A stretch of DNA of 46,473 nt, the filler included, from Jimgerdemannia flammicorona (lineage: Eukaryota): assembly GCA_003990765.1 (NCBI GenBank). It is 2 parts of 2 records of this genome, joined end to end, with 100 filler letters (N's around TTAATTAATTAA, not from the genome) between each part and the next. Parts side by side here need not be neighbours in the genome. Positions count along the whole stretch, not along the records: positions 23,291 to 46,473 come from RBNJ01001141.1; 1 more part is not named here. The stretch is one strand, 5' to 3'. Under the pieces are notes generated by a model. The model was not told where the DNA came from. It made no database searches and worked only from the letters and a program-made list of their open reading frames with translations. The translations under genes were made by a program, and so were the position numbers. Positions 36,341 through 46,473 of this stretch are shown one piece after another; the stretch's first letter is position 1, and each line of letters starts with the position of its first letter.

Positions 36341-39109
36341 TGTAACAGTGACCTCAGAATGATAACATTAGCACAGGAGACAGCCTTTCCTTACAAGCCA
36401 CCAGATTGGAGCACAAGAAGATCATATGGCATACAAGACAAGCAATTATGACCAACTGTGAGTCATTGTGACCACAGTATAGATATCTTGAGGAATATAA
36501 AAGAAGGATCAAGGAACTGCAGTAGCAGCAACTCAACAAGACCCACCAATCCCAAAATAGCTCAAAGACTTTTCATAAATGAAATATCTGCTGCCCACCA
36601 AACCTCAAGATCAAGGAACCACTAAGGCACCTCAGTTGAAGAAAGAATGTTCCAAGACATCAGAAGAGCTATGAGGACTCACATAAGAAAAACTCCTAGT
36701 GTCAACCTGGGTACTGCAGATCCTTATCACTTTATCCTCTACCACTGTGAAATGGAAATAAGGATCACCATTGCTACCAAATACCTCCAAATGTAGCAGA
36801 AGTACAAAATAGGAAACCTCCTCTGCCAGGAGTTCCCACAGGCCAGCCCTTAAGAGTTACAAGATACCACTTCCATAGATATACATGAAGCAAAGACAGC
36901 TAAGAAGATCCATCAGATCTTCAGGTATGCACCATAATTGATCTCCAACTTAGAGTATATTAGAGTTTCAGACTTCAGAGATCTGTCAGCTTACTATATC
37001 AATGCACTAGAAGCCAGAGTGGCTACAGAAGCCCAGTCTACTGTCACTCTCAATAGTGATGAAGTAGAAGACTTCTAGCATCCCATCCTCTAGGATAACC
37101 CAGACCAATTCCTGCAAGGATTGATCTCAGTATTCTAAGGCTCAAGCATCCAGGTTAGACCTCCTCAAGACCCCACATTTGTCTCCTATTTGTGGAAGAG
37201 AATCTCATAGACTGGAGAACCTCAGACCTTCTTGTTTCCACTGCCACTGAATGTGATGACATCATTGATAATGACATTATCCTGTATGATATATATGAAA
37301 TACATGATCTATGTGATGATGACAATGATGAGATGAATAAGACATTTGCAGATCTCATCTTCTTTGAAGACATTCTGACCTCTGATAAGAATGAAGCCCC
37401 TATGGTCTTGAACATTCTGCTCTAAGTTCCTTTTTTTTTTTTTTTTTTCTACACTCATTTATTCTGAACATAGTTACATAGCAAACAGCGGGAAAACATC
37501 CCCCGGATTACCTGACAAGAAAGTAAGTGGGGTCAGGCTCTGAAAAGAGTAGCCTCGGGCTACCCAACACCTAACCTTAGCAAAGCCAAGGTGGCCAGGG
37601 CCTGGTTCTCTCTGCCCTGAGCTGCTTCCACCCCCCCCTCACTGCCAATAACAATGCACCACCAAGGCCACAACCGGCCCCCTCATACAAATAATATATA
37701 CAATGAAGAGAAATGAAATGGCATGCAGGCCTGATAAACCCCAACCATGAGTTACTCCACCCCACCTTGGCTGCCCAGCGCCAACCTACATACTTAACAA
37801 ATGGGTCTGCCATCCGACCGCCACTCTCTCTGAGTCAGAAGTCACCGTCTGGCTTGTGACACCAGCACCTCAAGTGATACCGCCGTCATACCTGGTCTTA
37901 CCCTAAAGGGCCACTGGATGTGACCCCAGTACCTCGAGTACCCCTGCAGCATACACCCGGCCTACCGGCTCCCCCTTCCCCAAAGTGGTGAAGTAGTCAC
38001 CTGCTGATTTCCTTTCTGATCATCACACCATCGCTGGCCAATCACCTGGCCCGATCATCACTGCCATCTTGAATCACACCATCCCGTATCTACCAATCAC
38101 CCATCACTATCACTACATGTATCGAGATCACCTCATCCACCTTAGCCAATCATCAGCTGCACCTTCCAAAATCCTCCGAGCCCCTTCTGAAATCACCCGG
38201 TATACCTCTACACCTTGAGGATGCAGTAAAGGTCCCCCTCCAGAGTGAAGAAAGCCTAAGAGCCTGACCCACATCTCCCAGCCCGCCAGAGCATGCCAGT
38301 GAATCGGATGCTCACCACGAAGCTGGTCATGTCGCCGGATGTAAGACTCCACATCTCCTTGAGAACTTGCCAGTAGCTCCCAGAGCCTGCCTCGTACCGT
38401 CTGGCCCATGAAATGATGAAACCCTTGAATTCTTGAAAACTGTAGCCTTGAGGTTGGGGCAACTCGACACCATTGGACTCCTCTTCTCTTGCCGCTTCTG
38501 GCATACCCAACCTCAGGGCACTGATGGCCCTCCTTCTCCTGCACCATAGGGATCCAATTTCCACTCGGACCTTTTGACTGGTATGGTTCAAGAGAAAGAA
38601 GTCTCTGCTCTAAGTTTCTTGGTTATACTGAATAATACTAGCACTCTTTTCCTGTGTAACAGTTGTTCCACCACTAATATTTTGATGTAACTCAGAATTA
38701 TTTCAGCACTATTTTTCTGTATTACTGAAATTATATCAGCATCTTGAACCTATGTAACCATCAGTATTGATACTGGAACTTAGCAGTTTTTCCTATCCTG
38801 GAATTTTGTTTTAGTTATTGAAATTTATATTTAGCTTTATATCTTAGCAATTATTGAATTATATTTTATATAAAAAGCTTTCTTATTTTCTCTGAAATAA
38901 AAGTCAGTCTACTCAGTGCAATACACACAATCTCTTGCAAGCAATCTAAGAGATAACAAGACAGTTTAAAGATAAGAAGTTTGAGGACTATAAGACCTTG
39001 GGAAGGCACTCCAATAAGAACTTGCTTATAACAAACTTGAGTTAGTCTAAGAGATACATCTTGAAGAGAATCTGATATATTTGAAGGACTCAGTGACCAC
39101 TATGTAACA
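36341..39109 (+). repeat. Gypsy-2 3' LTR, interrupted by an insert; carries the second copy of the LTR ORF (36584-37425)
   Basis: Termini TGTAAC...GTAACA. Colinear with the 5' LTR. Confidence 0.93.
37433..38603 (-). mobile_element. Poly(A)-tailed retroposed insert without recognisable RT
   Basis: Poly(T) at 37431-37448. TSD of about 17 bp, TCTGCTCTAAGTTCCTT/TCTGCTCTAAGTTTCTT. Absent from the 5' LTR. Retains more CpG than its host. Confidence 0.85.
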
Positions 39110-39873
39110 GTATAGATTAACTATTCACAACTATTAAGAATAATTAGTTACATAGTATCTTTGGCCTCCTTAAGTATGATTTATATCTGCCAAGTACTAA
39201 TATTATTTATAAAGATATCCTGGAGGTCTATAGAAAGGAGCATAATAATCTTTGCCAGATACTTTAGATAAAATAAATAAATAAGAGCAATACTATAACT
39301 ATTGCAAGCTGAATTATATATATATAAAGAGCTTATCAATTTAATCTCATATTTAATAAACAGAATTCAATAAGAAAAATCATATTTACAATTGATATAT
39401 AGATATCCTCTAATATAATTTCATATTTAGATATTATGGGTCATTAGATTGACCTTGGTTAGCAACTTAAATCTCTTACTCTTGATTTTATCAAACTTGC
39501 TAGTTCTTATTTTGAAGAAAATATTATAGATACTTTTATTAGTTATATCCTGAAGCTTGAGATTACAACTAAGGTAAAAAGGAGGGGCTTGCCTTCTGGT
39601 CAGTATTTTGAGGAAAGTTCTTAAAAAAAAATAGATTTTAATGATTATTTATTTTTGAATAAATTTGCTAACTGAAAATTTCAAGTACAGAATTTGGCCA
39701 TTACAATAGATAATACTACAAATAATTCAGTATTTTTTCAAAATTTAGCAGCCAACCTTCAATAGAAAATATGACCTTTGGTGTAAAAAACTATTATATA
39801 TATTGTCAGATCCATATACTGATCCTTGCTATTCAGAATTATCTTATATACATATATAGATAAAACATCCTGA

Positions 39874-42800
39874 CATCACACCTTTCACTGGTAACATTCA
39901 GGTGACACAAGACTCAGACAACACTTTTGACAATGTTTTTGATAGAAGGTGACTAATGACATAGACAGCAATGATTATACTGATGAGTGTGTTGGCCAGT
40001 GGGGCAGTAGTGCCTTTGACTGGCAGTATGTAGGGAGGAGGAGTGATGATGGTTTGGGAATGCCAGGGCCTTCTATGGTGGGCTGCAGTGCTAGTGGCAG
40101 AGGAAGAGACAGATTGAGGTAATGAGGAGGAGAGAGAATGACCTTTATAGACAAGGTCAAGATAGAGAGAATAGCATCTAGACTGGATAGTTGGCTGGGC
40201 CTGGGGAAGTCTTTGATGGCCACTGTTGGGGGACAGGGAGGGGCCTCCTTGGGAGGGTTGGACAGTAGGAGAAGGGGTGGAGTAGGGGCTGGAGATGTGA
40301 CTGCTGATGGAGCTGTGACTGGGGATCTGGAAAAAAATCCAGATGTGATAGTGGTTAGTGGTTCAGGACAAGGGGGGGGCATGAGGCCTGGAGACCTGGC
40401 AGATGATATAACAGGTTTGGTGGCAGCACTGTTGCTCAAGAAATCAAGGTCAGAATTTACTGTCACACTATATTTCTGGGGCTTAGTGGTGACTGCAAGA
40501 ATGATCTTGGGGCTGGTGGTATAAGAGGTGAAGGGGGCAGCATCAGTGAAGTTCTTGAAGGGGAAGGAAGGAATTGAGGTTGGGTTTGAGGAAGAGGAGT
40601 CATTGTTGGCAGCTATAGAGAAGGGGGTATTGGTGGGCAGAGTGGTGGTCTCTATGATCAGGTGCATGCACTGGGTCTCCCAGGTGGTACAGTTGATAGT
40701 ACTGGATCTTTCTATGGTGTCAAGGGAGAGGGCCAGAGAGTTGATTATAGAAGCAGTCAACGAGTATAGGGAAATAGTAGACATCAGGTTTAGAGTCTGG
40801 GAGGGTACCAAGCTCCAGACTGGAGATGTTGACATCTAGGTGAGACTGGTATATGGGGAAGATGAGGGACTGGCCAGTGACTCTCAAGTGGGGTCAGGTG
40901 GAGTGCAAGGTCTCGCAGATGAAAGAGACACAAGAAGAGGAGGAGGATTTGCTAGAGACTCTTGAGGATCTGGCAGGAGCAGTTGAGAGGAGGTGATTGG
41001 CTTGGAAAGAGTATGAAGCCAAGATGGTGGTGGAATTGATAGATGATAAGAGAATCAGGATGGACTGGGTGATCTGGGAGAAGATGCAGAGGAGGCAAAT
41101 CCAGAAGAAGCTGCTAGAGAAGTTGTGAGGCAGTGGGGCTGATAGTGGTACAGAAGGAGGTGGTACAGGACTACAGGAGAGTGCTTGGGCTGGGGAGCAC
41201 AGGACAACCCAAGGTGGGGCCCAGAGGGGACTTGGTAAGGAGAGACAGGGTGGCATGGAGGCAGATGTAGAAATGAGCAAGGGAGTATAACCTCAGTATA
41301 CATAGTGTTCCAGGTGAGGCTGGGGGTGAGGAGGAGTTGCTGGATATGTCTGAGGAGGGGTGGAATGAATCAGTGAGGAGGAGTGCTCTGGTGGACCCAG
41401 AGATGGGGGTTGAGAGGGTTACTCAGGGTATCACTGAGGTGGTGGATGAGGAGAAGTAGCTGTGGATGATACATACTGGAGGGAGTGGTAGCAGAGAAGC
41501 TGGGGGGAGAGAATTTCTGAGTTACAGAAGATAGACATTGGGAGGAAATTCTTTGTAGTGAGGAGGTACCAAGGAAGGTTAAGAATGAGATTCTGGTAGT
41601 ACTCTTGGAATCAGTTAAGTATCAAGTGGATGATCAGCAGGAGGAGGAACTTTGAGGGATTGCAAATGACCAAGCAGCATACTTGTGGAATTCAAGGAAG
41701 GGCTTGGAGAAGTGGAGAGTGGTCTGTGCAGATTATCAGGCAGAGATGGAGGTAGTGGATGGGGCAGAATGTTAAGAGATCTTGGAGGCACTGGATGCTC
41801 AGGCTGTAGTAAAAGGTGACCTAGAAGCAGAGCAGTGATTGGATCTGGCTGAGGATGAGATGAGCATGGAATACTAGACTGAGTTCTCAAATTTAAACAT
41901 TATTCAATATGAACAGTATAACTAGAATATTCTCTTTGAATGTGAATGGGTTGAGGGGGACAGCTTGGTAAAAATTCATATTTGGTTGACTCAAGAGGTT
42001 GGATGCAGATCTCTTCTTACTACAGGATATATGTTACAAGGTAGATGTGGACTTACAGGATTGGACTAGGGATTGGGGGGGGGGGGCAGCTGTGGGGTTT
42101 GGGCAGGTGGGTATCCTAGTTTGAAAGGGGATGAGAGACATTGGTGGTATTGGACATTGGGGGAGTTGGTTGGTGTGGGGAGTGTGGAAGAGGCCTGGAT
42201 GGAGCCCTTTAACAGTTGAATCATATTATTGCCTAGCAGAGAGGGTGGAACAGATAGATTGGATCATAAATTTGAGAGAGGTCAGTGTCATGGGTGAGGT
42301 AGGGATTGACTGCCTGGAAGGGGATTTCAACATAGTAAGAGATATGTAATATAGTAGACAGGACCAATGGCAGGAGAGGAATGAGGAGCAGAAGTGGCAA
42401 GTTGGATGATTGGATAGAGATGGAGAGGTTGAGTTCTTTGGTTGATTTGGAGAGACAGTTCTGGGGAGAGTGTCAAATTTATACTCACTGGGCAGTAGGG
42501 CTAAGTTCCAGGATTGACTGGTTATTGATGACAGAGTGCTGGAGAGCAGATGTCTGGGCCATACTGGAGGTGGTTTGGTGCCCATGGTCAGATCACTGGG
42601 GTCTGCTAGGGGGAGGGAGGTTTAGGGGAAGTAGGGATGGGTCTGGACATTGGTAACTAAATTTCTCTTTATTGGAGGACAGTACTTTATGGGCAGACTG
42701 GGAGGAGGAGGTTATTGGAAAAATTGATAGATGGTGGGAGCAGGGCCTGGTGATTGGAGACTACTGGTGGAGGCTGAAATCATGCACTCAGGGATACTAG

Positions 42801-45639
42801 AGAGAGGCAGGGAAAGGAAGGAGTGTTCAGTGGCAGCAGAGAGTGCTTTGGGCTTCACAGTGGCTGGCAGCACTCCTGGGGAGATGGGTGGGAGTGCTAG
42901 AGGATTAGAAGGTGGAAGACTGACATATTGCATAGATTCAAAAGGAAGTTGAGGAGCTTAAGGAAGTGATATGATTGGAGGAAGAGATTAAACTAAAGAG
43001 GATAGTGGTGAGGCTGAGATGGCAAGGGTTGGAGGAGGGAGAAAGACCCACTAGGTTTTTATTGCAGATGCTACAAGTGCAGAGAACTAAACAGTGGTGG
43101 GATAGTCTCTTGGATGAGGATGGAGAGATGGTAGTGGGGACTCCAGCAATTCTGGGATTGCTAAGATCCTACTGAGAGGACCTATAGAGTAAGGAAGAAG
43201 GAAGTGTGGATGCCTTGAAGATTGAAAGACAGTTGGAGAATTGGCATCCAGACCCAGCAATGGGCCTGGAGACTCTGGAGAACCTGGTGAGGGGGGAGGA
43301 AATTTGTAAGGTTCTGGCTTCAACAAGTAAGGGGATGGCTTCAGAAGAGGATGGGCTTCCCTAGGATTTTTGGAAAAAGATAGCCAGAGTGGAGGTAGTA
43401 TTGGAGGAGTTGACAGTGATATATGATGAGGTTCTTCTGTCTGGAACTTGGATTGGGGGCCAGCACCTAGAGCTGGTCTCCTTGCTCTATAAGGATAAGG
43501 GGAGAAGGGAAGATTGGAAGAACTGACAACTGATCATGTTCCTTGATATGGACCACAAGCTGGTGATAAAGGTCTTGGTAATTAGACTGCAGGGGATTGC
43601 CCAGTAAGTACTGAGAGTAGAGCAAAGAGGATTTGTTAGTGGTCAGTTGATCTGTGATGGGACAGCCTGGGTCCATGGAGTGATTGAAGGGGCTCAGGCT
43701 GCTGGAGTTGATGGAAGATTAGTATTTCTGGATCAGGAGAAGGTGTATGATAGAGTGAGGAGAATCTGGTTAGAGGGGGTGCTGAAATGGGTGGGTGTTC
43801 CCCCAGGGTTCAGAAGGTTGTTAATCAGTCTTTTGGAAAACAGTCAGGCAGCATTGGTAGTCAATAGGCATAGGGGTGTAACCTTTCCACTTTGTCAGGG
43901 TGTGCCACAAGGTGATCCTTTATTGCCCATCTTGTATGCTCTTTCCTTGAAGCCGCTATTGGACAGAATCAGGCATCAAATTAGAGGTTTGGACATTCTG
44001 GGGATTAATTGGAAGATGGGGGCCTTTGCAGATGATATGGTGATTGGACTGAGTTTATTAGTAGATGTGGAGAAATTAAGGAGGACTGTGGAATGGTATG
44101 AGAGGGGCTCTGGTGCTAGACTCAATTGGCACAAATGTGAGACTCTGGTGCTAGGTGGTGGGATAGTTAGTGGCAATATGATTGTATTGATAGTGCCAAC
44201 AAGAGATCCAGTTTATTATCAGGAGATCTACTTCTTGGTGTATGGGTCTCTTCTGCTCTGTGCTTGGTGGGAACAGTAACTCCTAGTATGGGGTGATGTG
44301 CTCTTACAGTGGGGTGTTCAGCATATATCCTTGGCAAGAAGGGTGATGGTGCTGAATGTGTATTGGCTGCCAAAGCTATGGTATGTGGGGTATCATTTGG
44401 ACTTCCTGGCATGGGTAGTCAGGTGACTTCTGAAGATGGTAAGATCATGGATCTGGGCTGGATGGAGAAGTTAGATAGGATGAGAGATTCTGATCCTACC
44501 TGTAGACAGAGGCAGGCTAGGCTTGGTGGACTTTACCAAATGCCTTCATTGCCTGAGAGCATGGTGGCTGAAGAGAGTGAGCAAGTTAAGAGACCAGGAG
44601 CTGGGTACCACTCATGCAGCAGATGTGGGAGGCCTGGTATTTCCCCTGGAGAGTGTCTGGCAATCTGCTTGCAATAGTGGCCCTGGATGGGAGCAAGAGG
44701 ATGCAGTATAAGGGCTTTTGGTGGGGGGTGGTGGAGGGTGCTAGGCAAATTGGACTTCAGTGGTAGGGTGATGAGGGAGAGGAAGATTGGGGACTGCAGA
44801 TGTGGAGATAGGACAGGCTACTGCTGGATGGTGCTTTGGTGGAGGATTTCTGACTTGGTGATGGAATGGAGTGTATGTGGGGCTTAGAGGGAGACCTGTG
44901 GCCTAAAGCTTGGCAGAGGGTAGAGATTAGCAAGGAGTGGGACTGGAATGGTCTTTGCTTAGAGCAAGCAGATGATGCAGTAGCTTCTCTCCAAGTTCTG
45001 GGTAGTGTGGTAGTGGTTTCTAAGATGGAATATGATGTTGAACTATTGGTCTGGGCACTTGGTGGTGGATGGCACATTTGAGTATAAGGAATGTTTGGAT
45101 GTTGGACAGGAAGGGAGAGTGGTATAAATGTCTGAAATTGGCTTAGCAAGTGTGATGTCTTAGGGGAGTTTTGGCACTATATTGCAGACTGGTTAGGACT
45201 GTGAGCCCTGGTGGGAGGGGAAGGGGGGAGATGGGGAGAGCTCTACTGAAGGCTAGTGGGAGGGGTTGAGGATGAATGGCTGACCCTGGGTTGGGCTCTG
45301 GCAATTTGGGTTAGGCTGGCTAGGTATTGGCTACATGTATTTGAGGAGGGCCAGCAAGTTGGGGTTGGGGCTAGGGTGGTATGTTGAGAATGGCTATTAC
45401 TGGACATTTTGAACAGCTGGTGGAGAGGGTGGGGACTGAGTGAGGGGAGCTGCCAGAGTTTGGGGAATTATATTTACCAGAAAAGTGAAGGGAGAATTCA
45501 GGTAATGGGTGACTAGGTTATCCTCTGACAGGAAGGGATAGAGGGTAGAGAGGAGGATCTGAGGGGTATCAGCTGAGGGGATGCAGGTGATATTGTATTA
45601 TTATTATAGATTGAAGTAATAAATGGAAGTCCAAGTAAC

Positions 45640-45702
<63 letters not shown>
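39874..45702 (+). mobile_element. Full-length LINE (L1/Tx1-like), copy B, degenerate
   Basis: TSD AAAACATCCTGA at 39862-39873 and 45699-45710. Poly(A) at 45643-45702. ORF1 remnants at about 39960-41890. Confidence 0.95.
41909..45620 (+). pseudogene. LINE ORF2 (APE endonuclease and RT); end approximate
   Basis: MNSITRIFSLNVNGLRG, GDFN, RIDWLL, SDH, FLDQEKVYD, GVPQGDPL and FADD (44025-44036). Confidence 0.93.
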
Positions 45703-45703
<1 letters not shown>

Positions 45704-45986
45704 ATCCTGAAGTGAAGGAACTCTGAGTATTGTTTCCAAGCTGTACAAACTGGTTGTGTTGGTCTGACTGTCTCTATAATAATGAGACAAATTTGCTACA
45801 TAGTAAAGAATAATCAGTTTAGTCTCAAAAGAGCTGATATTAGATATCTATATATATTAAAACTCAATATTTGTAATGATCCAGCATGCTGGAGTTTGCT
45901 GTGGTATATGCTCTTTTTTTTAGTTAACTGAAGTAAATTGTTTCAGAAGACTGAGGATTGTTAATTAATTAATTTCAACTTGGATT

Positions 45987-46024
<38 letters not shown>

Positions 46025-46382
46025 ATAGATTCCATAGTTGCTGCTGATAAGGAAATGCAGAGTAAGGCTATAGATGAAAGCAAGTAGGATTTACTAAGGA
46101 ATGTTGTCAGAGTTTTGGAAGTAAGTAATAATTACTTTAGCTCTACATTCATTTTGTCTGTCTCTATATAGTAATGTAATAATTTATCATTCTTAACTAT
46201 TAATATTTCAAAAAATTATATAAAGAATATTGTCAAACAAATCACTCTGATAATAAGCTTTACAATATCAGTATACAATCTTTTAATTGACTAACTAAAA
46301 GATAAGCTTGAGGAATAGACAAACTTATTATTTATCTTACCAGTAACCAAACATAATTCTACTGAAGGACATTGAGGCTCAA

Positions 46383-46473
46383 CTAGTAGAAGGTGGGTTG
46401 TTATCCCACAGGTGGTTGATAGGGTTGGACCAATTTTACCCACCATTCTAATCACTATTCTAATCCCCAGAGT
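46383..46473 (-). mobile_element. Possible Helitron 3' terminus on the minus strand, interrupting the hAT
   Basis: The minus strand reads GTGGG-ataacaa-CCCAC-cttcta-CTAG|T. Base composition shifts at 46383. Confidence 0.45.

Larger units (their letters stand above)
29064..39109 (+). mobile_element. Gypsy-2: full-length Ty3/Gypsy LTR retrotransposon with dUTPase, no recognisable chromodomain, degenerate
   Basis: Paired LTRs, PBS-like motif, gag CCHC, PR-dUTPase-RT-RH-IN, and PPT AGAAGAAAGA (36331-36340). Possible 4-bp TSD ATAT/GTAT. Confidence 0.95.
28265..46382 (+). mobile_element. hAT transposon with intron-containing transposase pseudogene, split by Gypsy-2 and LINE copy B
   Basis: Left TIR TAGTGCTC at 28265 with subterminal repeats. 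BED-like remnant at about 28700-28900. LFTTIKN..LPSTNII at 39121, FTIDI*ISSN..GH*ID at 39385, AITIDNTTNN at 39697, YCQIHIL..AIQ at 39800. After the LINE: KLYKLV..ELILDI..*NS at 45740-45870 and ISFTISVYNLLID at 46250. Confidence 0.85.

Noticed and set aside
37520..37575. CTGA plus hairpin suggesting a hammerhead ribozyme
   Set aside because: The CUGANGA/GAAA core is incomplete, with no GAAA after the stem.
39975..40835. 286-aa minus-strand ORF
   Set aside because: Antisense to LINE B ORF1, with no independent motif.
45569..45790. Poly-Phe ORF
   Set aside because: Reverse reading of the LINE poly(A) tail.

Overview
Eukaryotic, probably fungal, transposon graveyard with deep nesting, heavy C>T/G>A decay and strong CpG depletion. 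It is split by an assembly gap at 23191-23290. Left of the gap is a Ty3/Gypsy chromovirus-type element (5767-17713) carrying a dUTPase. A LINE interrupts its 5' LTR, and its 3' LTR holds a solo LTR that itself contains a hAT MITE and a retroposed insert. A possible hAT remnant and a Penelope-like RT follow. Right of the gap are an LTR fragment, a CpG-intact island encoding an LRR-like protein, and a hAT transposase pseudogene. That pseudogene is split by a second, different dUTPase-bearing Gypsy element (29064-39109) and a full-length LINE (39874-45702). The most striking observation is that both Gypsy families carry, inside their long LTRs, a decayed ORF of about 280-360 codons. The two ORFs share a conserved motif pattern and an acidic C-terminal part, suggesting an LTR-encoded accessory protein family. 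All translations were done by hand and no database searches were run.
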